A stretch of 64,000 nt of DNA, taken from the NCBI GenBank assembly GCA_904063045.1, contig CAJFCJ010000005.1, positions 945,988 to 1,009,987 on the forward strand, read 5' to 3'. The notes under the pieces were generated by a model. That model saw nothing but the letters and a program-made list of their open reading frames with translations, made no database searches and was not told the origin of the DNA. How positions within the stretch are numbered: position 1 is the stretch's first letter; each line of letters opens with the position of its first letter. This DNA comes from Dimorphilus gyrociliatus (Eukaryota > Animalia > Annelida). Shown piece by piece: positions 28,363 to 39,938 of the stretch. A program made the position numbers and the translations under genes.

Positions 28363-29648
28363 TGTCTTGGCAAAATTCGACAATTTCACTGAATTATTGC
28401 CATATACCTGCACATGCTTATATTGATATGCAATATTATCCAAATGATATACTTTTCCTTCGATTCACTTGCAACTCTCACAATGAAAAATGATATGAAA
28501 AATATATTAATATAGTTACGTATACAAAAGTTTAATATCCTTGTTTCCTGTAAAACTATAATTTCATGTCATTTGGATAATTAGATAAAAACTGGTAGAA
28601 TATCTTATTAATACAATATCAAGTGCAATTAAGAGAAAATTTTTAATCTCTTTAATCCGGTTAGTTTGTTTCTCAAAACAGTCAGAAAGCTTAATAAAGC
28701 TTAATATCAATGAGCAAAATGATAAAATCCAACATGACATGTGGTGCCATCTCCATTTTTCATGGATGAAAGAAATGAAACAAAAGAATAGAAAGATAGC
28801 TGTGAAATTAACATCTGAACGTTAATAATCTTATCAATATACAATGTAATTAAATTAAAACTTGAATCTCAAACCTCAAAAGTATTACAATCATGAAGAT
28901 TCCAACTTAATTAACTAGTTTCATGAAAGTTTAGAGTATGTTTGACAAACTTATTAAGGCAATTGCTAAAATTGTTAATATAAGAGCTTTAAAATATTAA
29001 ATATTATTTATTATGAACTGTATTAAGATGATTGAATTCAGAATAGTTATCATTTACATTAAAGTCCTTATTTATTGAAATAAATAAGCTAATTTTATAT
29101 AGGAATTCCCTGTTAATTCTTTGTTGGAATAAAATACAAGTTTTTTGTCTTTTTTATATTAAATGAACTCTTTTGAATCAAGTTTCTCACGCGCAGTTGA
29201 TAGGTGAGACAGCAAATCGTGATTTTTGTTTTTTTTTCTTTTCTTTCGTTTTTAACTGTTCAAAAGTTATGGAAGAAGAGAATTCATTTCAAGAGTAATT
29301 TTCTCTATAAAAGACTATGTAATTAACATAGAAAACAGCTTTTACTAGTATCGAGTATCCGCAATCTTTGAACGAGGTGAAAAAATCTTTTCTTTTTCAA
29401 TATTTGATCATGAATCCAGTCTAAACTAACTTTCGTGTCAATTAAATAGAACACATCATATACTGATAGTTTAAAAGAGATGAAAAAATTGAAATAGAAT
29501 TGAGTTTCCAATAATTCTCTCTCAAGTATTCAATATAAAGCAATAATCTAAAGTGTTCAAGTGAGAAAATCTATTTCATTTTCAAGGATATACTCGGAAA
29601 AAGAAAAGATGAATGGCCTAGCTACTGTTATATATATTTAGCGGGAAA

Positions 29649-31268
29649 ATGAACGGCTTTGGTGGAGTTCTCCCTCTTCCATTCGATACAATATGGATTC
29701 TATTCTTGTGCTCTTATTCGGCGGCTTTGGTTTGTAGTTTTCTTGTATTTTTTTTAAAGATAACCTCTCGTAAAACTTTAATCCTTTAGGCAATAAAGCA
29801 TAATAGCAATTCAGGAAAAAGTGTACAATTTAGCAAATTCAACTCAATTCAAGATATTTCAGGTTTACCTTTTATTTTAAATTTTACGAATAATTTCAAT
29901 TCATTACGTCATTAGGTGGAAAAGATATCTCCAGTTCAGGTATGAATTTAGTCCCATTATTAAAATTTATCTCAAAGTCTTCTCTCCTCGTTCGAATCAA
30001 TTAACTGTAAAAGAAACTATCGAATGCATTCATCAGTGGACGATTAATCAGAAATCTAATTGCGCCAATCCTCACTATGTCATTTATTCAAAGAATTTCC
30101 CAAATAACTATCCAAACAATATGATTTGTCATATTATTTTTAATATTGATGCAACATCAAACGCGGTTTGTCACTCAAAAATTTCAAACTAACCACAATT
30201 GTTCCACTTTAAAATGTACTTTTGAATAGAGAATAGAGCTGAGATTCGAGGAATTTGACGTTGAATTCGAAAGAAGTTGCTCCTATGACCGTCTAATTTT
30301 CACTGATGACTACAATTCAACCGCATTTTGCGGATACGGTTTACCTTTGAGTATGTGCAATTTTAAATTTGATTGTATTAGATTTCATTGACTAACTAAC
30401 AATGTATTTATTCTTTTTATCTTTGGAACAGAATCATCCGACAATCGACAATCAAACTTATTCTCGTTTCAGGCAACACAGCCAACTATTAATAGAACGT
30501 ATATAGTCTCTCCCCAAGGATCCTTGACTATTCAATTCATAACCGATATTGCGTATATGGAAAGAGGATTTATACTGCATGCAGATGTTAAATGTTCCAA
30601 ATCTCAGATTGAAAGTAAGACGAATCCAGAAGTTCAAAGCAGTAAATTTCGCTTAGAAGCAAGAATTTATGAAGCTTAACCTTTTGTAGATTCTCTTATG
30701 AATGAAAAATTGTTCTGCGCAAATAAGATTAAGAAGATAATTCGTGCGGATTGTAGCGGTAAAAACTATATACTATCATCAGGATACCCCTACAGTAATC
30801 ATGAACATTGTTCTATTACATTTAAACCATTCAAAGGGAGAAGAGCAGTAAACGATATTACTTATTTCATAAAAGTTATTGTCCTTAAATATATCTCTCT
30901 TCCCCCAAAGGTATTTTCTGTCACTATTATATACTTTGAATTGGAAGAGGGTGCTTATTGTAAACGCGATAAACTTGAAATTCTTGATGGGAATGAAAGA
31001 AACATTCTATGTGGATTTATATCAAAATGTCGGAACTTATTTAATATTCTTTTATAGTTTTTATTATACGTATTCACGCTTTTCAATAGATGGTCGAAAA
31101 GGAGTGAAATTTTTTGGAAATGTAACAAATCTCTATCTTAAAAAACCATATACTACATCAACTGGTAAAGACTTAATATTCAAGTTCCGGTCGGACAACT
31201 CGCAATTCCATAGAGGATTTAGATTTCACGTGAAAATGCTATGTTCATCCGACGCAGACAATAGATAG
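29649..31268 (+). CDS. Secreted protein with two CUB domains (paralogue B)
   Basis: Exons 29649-29729, 29790-29862, 29916-29939 (24-nt microexon), 29978-30165, 30230-30350, 30432-30614, 30690-30847, 30911-31028, 31090-31268. Motifs SKNFPNNYPNNMIC, FEEFDVEFERSCSYDRL, FELEEGAYCKRDKL, FRSDNSQFHRGF. The start codon is less certain. Confidence 0.85.
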
Positions 31269-31542
31269 ATCATCCATAAGAAACTCTATACAGACAATTA
31301 TCTATCTATTTTAATTAACGTCAACTATTCATGTAATACTGTAATGGGAACGAAAGAGATACACCTATAATACGATTAAACATATCCTTATCTCTTCAAT
31401 AAGACACTAGATATGATATTAATTTTATTGAATTGAAAAAAAAAAGGTCTAAACACGATTAACAATGCAGCTTCAAACAATGCGCTAATTAAAGCATCTA
31501 TCTACTTTAACTCTAATCCTTTGATAATAACAAAAATAACAA

Positions 31543-31662
31543 AAGAATACGGCACCCAGTGTTCCCAGGCGGTCTCCCATCCAAGTACTGACTGGGCCGT
31601 ACGTCATTTAACTTCGGTGATCGGACGAGAACCGGTGCTTGTAACGTCGTATGGCCGTATAC
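31543..31662 (-). rRNA. 5S rRNA gene, single dispersed copy
   Basis: Minus strand GTATACGGCCATACGACGTTACAAGCACCGGTTCTCGTCCGATCACCGAAGTTAAATGACGTACGGCCCAGTCAGTACTTGGATGGGAGACCGCCTGGGAACACTGGGTGCCGTATTC followed by TTTT. This gives about 120 nt with internal Pol III control boxes and a T-run terminator. Confidence 0.97.
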
Positions 31663-31844
31663 AATAGAATGTAGAAAATACTGTGTACTTAAAGCTATTA
31701 AAGCAATTGATAAAAGATGAAAGCCGTGTCTAAATGTCTACGCTTTAAAAGAAGAGAATGGTCCTTTTACAAGATGATTTTAATAAATTTTCCTTTTAGA
31801 TTTCCAAAATCGATTTTAAACGTACGTTGTTGTGTTCGACTGTT

Positions 31845-31880
<36 letters not shown>

Positions 31881-32559
31881 GCTATCTATCTCCTCAATAT
31901 CTCTTGCGAAGAGACTCCAAACTTAAACTAGACAATACACGATGATAATCAGCATTAGTTGGTAAACTGAGGAGATCATTATTTTTTATTAAAATCTATA
32001 ATTAAAGATGTTATTAAATCGATATTTTCTAGTTAAAGAAAAAATAACAAAAAACAACCAAAATCGCATAAGCTATTCATTCTTTTCTATGGGGAAATCT
32101 TGCTAAGCGGCTATAATGAAAATGCTACGGTTAGATTGAGATTTATTCAAATACACCTACTTGCGCTCCTACTCATTCGTTTCACTGCTAATCCTATTGG
32201 ATGGAAAAAGCTATACTTACAAAGTGTAATATTCTCTCCCTGTTAGTCATATTATAAACCCCGATTAGCTGGCTCCTTTTTGATTGATTATATGACGTAC
32301 GTAGATGATAGTAATCAGTATATTTATCTAAAGAAGAGGGAGAAAAGGCTTTAAATAGTTTTACTCTTAAAGATAATCTTTGAGTGTCTATTTTCTATAA
32401 TTCGGATCCATAAGTAATCTATTATTTATGTGCTGAATTGTTTTTGATGTTAAGGTTGCAATGTTGAAAAAGTGTTGAAAACCTTCGACTATTATATAAC
32501 ATTAATAATTTAAATAATATGATATCAGAGAGTGAATACAATTACATAAAAGATTAGGT

Positions 32560-32900
32560 TGAACAGGAGCTTAGAGTCGAAATTCTCTAAGAGGTTTAGT
32601 GTCACATTTCAAGCAAACAATTCTCCCGTCCGATGAGTAAAGTTTTAGGGATTATTGTCCCTAATAAAAAGATCATAATCAAAATATAGCCCTAAAATAG
32701 TGTGATTCTTTTTTCCCATGAAAAATATGCTAACCTTTGCAAAACCTGGAAAGTCTATTTTTAAACTGATTGCTAACCCTAAAGATCGTAGCTATAGTTA
32801 AATGGAAAGAATTAAGGCTTACAAAGTATTTGTTAGGGTCTGAAAGAAGAGGTATTTTTGAATAGATATCTTTCGTATTTAGGGTCTATTTGTATTTTGT
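32560..32900 (-). mobile_element. Possible degenerate DNA-transposon relic
   Basis: Clustered TTAGGG/CCCTAA-type motifs in both orientations (32645, 32658, 32688, 32775, 32833, 32879) and a stop-bounded minus-strand peptide YSSDGRIVCLKCDTK resembling zinc-finger starts of hAT-like transposases. No TIR or TSD found. Confidence 0.25.
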
Positions 32901-34127
32901 ATACAAAGTTTCTATTTATAAAAAAAAGAAAGTTGTGCATTTTTATGATTTATCAACTTTATTTTTGAAGTAATGAATCATTTGTTTGCAAATTATTTAA
33001 TGCTAAAAATTTAAAATTCAAGTAGAAATTGTAGTAAAAGTTCCGATTGAAAATGATGTAGTATTTAACGATTGAAAGAACTTTTTTAAAATTAGCAATG
33101 TTATTTTTATACTAATTATAGAGAATAATACATAATGAATCATTATGTTAAAATTAAAAGTAACAATTTAGGATGAAGATGGTTTGATCCTAATGGATGC
33201 TGAACGTGAAATTTCTATCATTTCAGAACAAATACTTTTCATTTATTTTGCATGATAAAACTTGAATATGCAGCAATCATCTTCCTCTTATAATACTATA
33301 TATATACATTATCCATTTTGTCTCGTATTTTAGCGGTTAACTATGAAAAGAACATAACTAGATCATTATCTCTATTTGTTGTATGCAATTAGTTTTTTGC
33401 AGATATTTTAAAATTTCTGCGAGTTTTTTTTCCCTTATAATGAGATAGATTATGTCTATATTTTCCATTTGCAAGGTTTATATATGTTATTTTTGCAGCG
33501 TAAGAACAGAAAAAGAGTTTCGTCGTAGATTAACAAATATGGCGCTGAAACATTGCCCATAAATGAGAATGGCGTATTGTAATGTACTTTCACCTCTGGT
33601 CTGGTGTGCCGTCGTCAATCTCTAGTCATTAATTTATTAATTGAAATGAATGAGTGATTGTGGGAATGCTATTAATTGCTAATAGCTGATTGAAAAGAAA
33701 TTATTCATTATTCTCCCCAACTTCAAAATGTCCAAAATTGATTGGTATTTGATAGCTAAATAGAACGTCAAAATAAAAGATGTCCCAGCGGGAAGACTCA
33801 TTTAATATTTCTAAAGAATAAAGCTTGCCGACTCAGCAGAAATTTGTTACTTTATCTGACCTAGTGAGTAATAGGGTCAAATTCTGTTTAGCATAATCGA
33901 GTTTCACAATACAATGCGTCATATATCAAATAAAATTGATGATTACGTAAGTCGACTCTTACTGAACTGTTGCATTAAATTCTCCTTTTGAAAAACTCTC
34001 AACGAAATTCTATGGTCGTCGTTTCAATACAATAGGATCTTAGGAGGAGAACAATTACCGTTACACTGAAAGTAGCTATTTATACGCTTCAAGAGTTGAA
34101 GCAATTACACCTGAAAATGCTAAGAAC

Positions 34128-34136
34128 TATATAAAG
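34128..34136 (+). promoter_or_regulatory. TATA box of CUB paralogue C
   Basis: TATATAAAG 145 bp upstream of the ATG at 34273, with Inr-like TCAAGT/TCAGT 25-40 bp downstream. Confidence 0.5.
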
Positions 34137-34272
34137 GGACAGGCGGAGAGAATTCAAGTCTTATGCGTCAGTATAACAGGTTGAGCACTATCCTCAACTC
34201 ATTTTGTTGTTCAAAGACTTTTTTTTGACTTTTTGAAAACTTTTACAGTCATCTCTACTTAATCAAAACAAT

Positions 34273-35565
34273 ATGAAAGTTATTCTATTGCTCCCTGCAA
34301 TTCTTGCAGTTCTTAGGGTCAGAAGAGCTTTAAATTTATCTCTTTTTTCTTATTTTTTTGTTTTTTTTTATATATGCAACTATCATCTCTTTCTTTTCAA
34401 TTTTCTGCAGGCTGAAACAATTCCAGAATGTGTTAAGACAGAATCGATTGAACAGTGTGTTGAAAATCGATTGGTTTGGTTTGAAATGAGCATTAGATCT
34501 AATTTAACGAAGATTGAAAGTCGTTTAAGTAAGTACAACAAAATAAAATATAGCTAAATCAATATGATCAATTGTTATTTTTTTGCGAAGGTGAATTAGA
34601 AAATAAATACAATGATGAAAGTAACATGGAAAATGGATTGGGGGATGAAATCAGACAAACTACTTTAAAACCTGAGAACTATAAAGTGAAAACAAGTACA
34701 AAGAAACTTCACACAACTAAAATGACAGAAAAGCCTACCGAAAAAAAAGAAGAGCACACTCAGCCAATGACAACAAAAACAATTGCTGATAAAATAACAA
34801 CAAAGGTAGATGAAATGAAGACAACAATGAGAGAAACACCTGAAATAGATATGACTACAGTAACCCCATCAACAGTAATGACAAAATCATCAACACCTGT
34901 AAAAGTGCCCTTAACCCGTAAATATATTTATAAAATAGGCATTAAAATTTATAATTAGCCCCTTACAAGAAAAAATGTATAATTGAATATCTTTTTTTTT
35001 TAAAAAGAAAAACTTATGTGTGATAAAACGCAAACGATAAATCAACTACCAAATTGCAATAACCCCAAGTATATTATCACCTCTCTCAACTATCCTCAGA
35101 GCTATCCATTTAATTATCAATGCAAAATTATTCTGGATGAAATAGATAATTCGGTAAGAAACTTGTAAAAATAATACCGTTAATCAGTCATTAAAAAAGA
35201 AATGCTTGTTTCAAAGGTAATCCATATCAAATTTCTGGATTTCCATGTTGAACAAGGCCAAAGTTGCCCTTTCGACAAGCTCACTTTCAAAGAAGGGAGT
35301 AATTCAGCTACTCTCTGCGGTAGAGGTTCGTAAAAAATATAAACTGCTAAATTATTTCGTTATCAACACTTTTTTATAAACAGGTCATATAATCCCGGAC
35401 GATAACGAAGTGGACCTATTCCAATCGAATATTGCTATTCCAAAGTTAAATACCACCTACACCATTGACCCGAATGGTCCAGTAGAAATATCATTCTTAT
35501 CTGATAATATTGTCAGAGAGAAAGGATTTGTCATGCATCTTGAATTCAAATGCGTCGACAATTAA
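34273..35565 (+). CDS. Secreted protein: short Cys-pair helix, Thr/Lys/Glu-rich mucin-like stalk, single CUB domain (paralogue C)
   Basis: Exons 34273-34317 (MKVILLLPAILAVLR), 34411-34528, 34591-34917, 35008-35153, 35217-35325, 35384-35565. Motifs TSLNYPQSYPFNYQC, FLDFHVEQGQSCPFDKL, FLSDNIVREKGF. Confidence 0.88.
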
Positions 35566-36843
35566 GCGAAAGAGGATGTTTGAATCTACAATTGGAAGAT
35601 TTTAATTTGTTCCTAATTTTAGTAATAAACTTACTTAAGCAAAAGAAAATAAAAACACTTTGTTTTATATTTCACATTCGAAGATGATCAAATTAGACGG
35701 TAACCTTAACCTTAACCCTAAGGAAGCGGTAAAAGATGATATCGATCATACGTCGCTGATTCTAGGAAAACCATTTTATATGCCTTGGAAAAAAGCTAAA
35801 AAAAAAAAACAGATATTCTTTCCAACATTAACAAAAATAGAAATGAAAGCACTTTGATCTAATTTAAGAATTAATATCGCTTAGGATCTTGTATATCGGT
35901 AGAGGTCTATTAACAGGTAACCTTGTGCTGGAATTTTACTAAATATAATCAATAAATTCCATTAAAAACAAAGACAAAAATGCAGAATTTGCAGAATTTG
36001 TTTATTTATGATTGAAATAACAACATTTCTGTAGTAGGGAGAAATAAGAGTATGAGAAGAGGGGAGATGATATTGATTTGTCTTAACAATATCCTTTTCG
36101 TCCATTCAAAATATTCTCTCTTGATTTACAATTCATTTTTTTCGTCAGTTTCCCTGTCTCTATCATTATATATAAAATTTTTACTTTTTCGGAAAATGGC
36201 CTCATTTCTAGACGAATCTCAACGAATTGAAAAGGAGCAATAAACAATGAAATTGAGGATTTATCATACAACACATTAGCATTTTGGTTACGTAATCCAA
36301 TCTTGCATAATTAACCTATCGATTCTAAAATGCCATATTTTCAATAGTCAAATAAAGGTAGATACTGTATATTAGGAAAGAAAGCAACAAAAAAAAAACA
36401 ATTAATTAAGTAAGCAGTCATATTGGGACGAGAAAAGAAAAAGTGAGTGGAGTAAAAGAAAGGCAATTGTTATTCTTTGGACTTAATCCTTATGAATAAA
36501 TGAGTATTTAGTGGAAGAAAAGATGAATTGGACTAGAAATAAGTAAATGGTTTTAGACATAGTATAAGCCTTAAAACTGAACTTCTATGTTGAAGAGTGA
36601 AGTAATAAAACATCTTTTAAGGGAATTCGTCGATTTTTCTTCTTGTTCTTTGTTACTAATCTTTGTTCCTCCCCCATTTTTAATATTTGCAACAATATTG
36701 CAGTTACTGCAGATCGCTACTATTAATTAATTGTAAAGATAATAAAAAGGATTTTCGATAAGAAATTTAAACATCTTTGTAAAATTGTGTGCCAAGAAGA
36801 ATTTTTCAATAATTCTAAATTTCGTTGATAATGTGTATTTACT

Positions 36844-38424
36844 TTATAATATTCGACAAGTTGCGCTAATTTGGCTCTTTTTATCACACGCTGAGTTAAT
36901 TTGGTACTTTTCCCCTTGTCTTTTAGGAGTATCTTTTGTAATTGTCTTTAAATCGATAGATTTACGTTTTTTATCCACATGATTTTCCATTTGATGGACG
37001 CTTTTTAATGAACCTCGTTTTAGACTATTTCCACGAAATCTATTGAAAATTAATTCGGAATCATCGATTTCGTCCAGTTCGTCTATTACGTCGAGTCTGG
37101 AACAGGTATCTATAACGGAACTTCTTCTACGCATTTTTCTCTCAAGTTCCTGAAATTGACTATTCGAACTCAAATCGCTGTCGGATAGGAAACTCTCAAA
37201 GTCATCTCTGTTATCGGAGGCTTGCGTGTCGATTGAGTCGGTTTGTTCAATATTTTTGAATAATGCATAATCTAACGAATTATCGGTATAGTCGCTCAAT
37301 ACAGTTCTGATTTGTTCCACCTTTTCAATGAAAACAACAGCGTAGCTAGATTCGAAAGTTGACAAGGTGTTAATATGCCTGTGGAAGGGATGAGGACAAT
37401 TTCCTGATTTGGCAGTTTCGTCGTACATTTTTAAAATTCGCAAAAATATCCTGAAGATATCGGAAGAGTTGGAAAGATATTTTTTCGCTATTCGAATCTT
37501 CATAGCGTTTAGGGAATATTCGGAGAGGACTTGACCGAATTTTTCATTTAGAATATCTATTAGATCAAATGCTAAACTCATACCAGTGTTTAATTCCCTT
37601 ATACCTTTTATGAGATGGTCTTCAATTGCACAGAAGCTAATATTCCATACGTTAAAATTTAATTCACCGTCTTTAGGGCAATTCTTTGTTAAAGACGTGC
37701 AATTTTTAGCTTCTAAGGACCATAGATGATCACCGTTGTCAATCTTATTTTTCACCGAATCGCCTACTGTCAGATAGGCAGAAAAATTTGGAATTGTCAA
37801 ATGAGCTGGCCATTTATTCATTTTGATTGCTGGAAATAGGTTCAAGTGCAATATGGTGCTTTCAATTCTACTCAGAGAAACAGTAATTGAAAGTAAAATA
37901 CTTGGAAAGATATTTTCTATTTTTAGATCTTCTATATAAGTCAAATTAAACCTTTTAACATTCTTTATGAGGACTGAAAGAGCAGCAGTAAGACCTTTAG
38001 TAAACCAATCATTAATTTCGACGGCTGTAAGACTATTTGAGGAATTCTTAAGGCAGGGTTTCCAAAATTTCTCTTCAATTCTACCTTCATCTTTACTAAG
38101 GCTACTTGATAATCTGCATTCCATTATAGACGGATTCAAATTCTTATGTAATACCTTGGCTTCAAAAGCAGCGCAGTGAATAGGTTTAGCTAAGAATATT
38201 CTCACATCGTAAATTCTACGATTCTCCTCTGTGATATCGAATTTATCAAATCTTAACCATTCAGCCGTTGATTTAATTCTTAGATATTGTATTGTCGTCT
38301 TAATAAAATGTTCAACTAATAAATTAATCCTTTCCCTTTTCTTTCGTTCAATTTCACGTTGTCTTCTCCATTTTTCGATTATACGTCTGAGGCATTGACT
38401 AATTATCTCGTCCTTATTTTCCAT
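36844..38424 (-). CDS. Mab-21/cGAS-like (cGLR-fold) protein, 526 aa, intronless, predicted catalytically inactive
   Basis: One long ORF. Mab-21 hallmarks are an N-terminal spine helix, LHLNLFPAI..NKWP, WNISFCAIEDHLI, LSEYSLNAM and CPHPFHRHINTL. The C-terminal ~140 aa are acidic/Ser-rich with RRRSS, RGNS and RKS motifs. Confidence 0.8.
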   Translation of the reverse strand: MENKDEIISQCLRRIIEKWRRQREIERKKRERINLLVEHFIKTTIQYLRIKSTAEWLRFDKFDITEENRRIYDVRIFLAKPIHCAAFEAKVLHKNLNPSIMECRLSSSLSKDEGRIEEKFWKPCLKNSSNSLTAVEINDWFTKGLTAALSVLIKNVKRFNLTYIEDLKIENIFPSILLSITVSLSRIESTILHLNLFPAIKMNKWPAHLTIPNFSAYLTVGDSVKNKIDNGDHLWSLEAKNCTSLTKNCPKDGELNFNVWNISFCAIEDHLIKGIRELNTGMSLAFDLIDILNEKFGQVLSEYSLNAMKIRIAKKYLSNSSDIFRIFLRILKMYDETAKSGNCPHPFHRHINTLSTFESSYAVVFIEKVEQIRTVLSDYTDNSLDYALFKNIEQTDSIDTQASDNRDDFESFLSDSDLSSNSQFQELERKMRRRSSVIDTCSRLDVIDELDEIDDSELIFNRFRGNSLKRGSLKSVHQMENHVDKKRKSIDLKTITKDTPKRQGEKYQINSACDKKSQISATCRIL

Positions 38425-39938
38425 AGCGGGCTCAATTTAATTTTACTTTATAACTATTAATTTAATAATATCTTGTATAGCTAAACTTTTGATTGGAGTA
38501 AAATATCAGTTTAATAAAGCTTCGAGTTACTTAAACAACATGCTAGGCTTAAACGAATATTGAATATTTTTCGGAAACATAACGTTCTCCAAGTATTATA
38601 GAACCAATGAACAGTTATTATAATGTATATATACTGTATAAGATACTAATATCTACAATATACTGGTTTTTTTTCAAATTAAGAGTCTTTGTGAGTTTAA
38701 TTTTCAGGTAACCTGGAAAAAAAAATCAATTTGCTATAGAAATTACGCGATCTCAATATATAAAGTATTTTTTTGCAACCACCTTTTATTACTATGGCAA
38801 CAATATATGAGAATTAGTTGCAGTAATATATATTTTATCTTTTTACTAATAGATTACAAGTAATTAATGAAGAAAAGTGTTTGGAATTTATTCTCTCACC
38901 TCTTTCTAATAATCTATTTAAATAGAAACGGAAGAAATTACAAGGCTTTTAATATCAAGTAACCAGCCAGGGTACTAAATTTTGGACAATCTTTTATATC
39001 TCTTTTCCATTATTGTCTACTTCTTTTTCGTTCATTTGAGTATATCTTTTAGTTCTCTTCCCGTCTCGTTTGAGAATTAGCTTATAAAAGTATCTTTAAT
39101 ATACGGCTGAAACGAGTACTATATTATTTCTAGCATGAATATATCATACCTCCAGCTAGAGAGGAGAGAGAGAGAGAGAGAGAAAGAGAGTGGAAAAAGA
39201 AGGTAATAACAAAAGTAAACAAACTATCTGCGGAGTAGTCAACCACTTTTTTTTTTTTTTTTTTAATTAATAATGGTCTGCAGAGAATAAGAAAATCTGT
39301 ATCGATTGTATTCCCTCAATCAAGTTAGACCACACCCCTTAATTCCGTGCGTTACTGTCTAACCTTTCTACCTATCTCTCTACTTGGAATTACATCAATT
39401 TTTTTTTACATATAAACAGCCTACATATTTACAAAATAATCCTATTTTCTTCTAGATCTTTTCCCCTCCGCTATCATTTTCCTTTAAACTAATATCAGTT
39501 TTTTCCTTTCATGTATAATTTTTTGGTTTTTGCATGCAAAATAATACTCTTTGAACGTTGATAGAAAAGACATCCTACATTTTTCATTCTCCTTCTCCTC
39601 GTATCTTGCCTCCTCATTTTCTTTGCTTTTGCTAATATTTTTTACCTAACGATAATTCTATTCTATTCTCTCGGAGAATAACAATAATCCTAGCTTAATC
39701 CATTTCTCAAGTTAAAATACGAGATTGAAGAATAAATGCATATTTTATATATATCTATATATTGTATATAAATAGTATTTACTATACGTTACGTCAGTTT
39801 AGCTATTATGTTAAATTACCTGTTGAGAGTACTTTTCGAGTTTATGCCAAATGCATCGCACACATCTCCAACCAATTATGTTTTGTTTTTGCGCTAGTAT
39901 TCTAAATTCTATTCCGACTGTATGGACATCGTATAGTT

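Noticed and set aside
38960-38990. Sm-site-like AATTTTGGA after a GGTA, suggesting a spliced-leader RNA
   Set aside because: The donor-to-Sm spacing is too short and the expected stem-loops are not evident.
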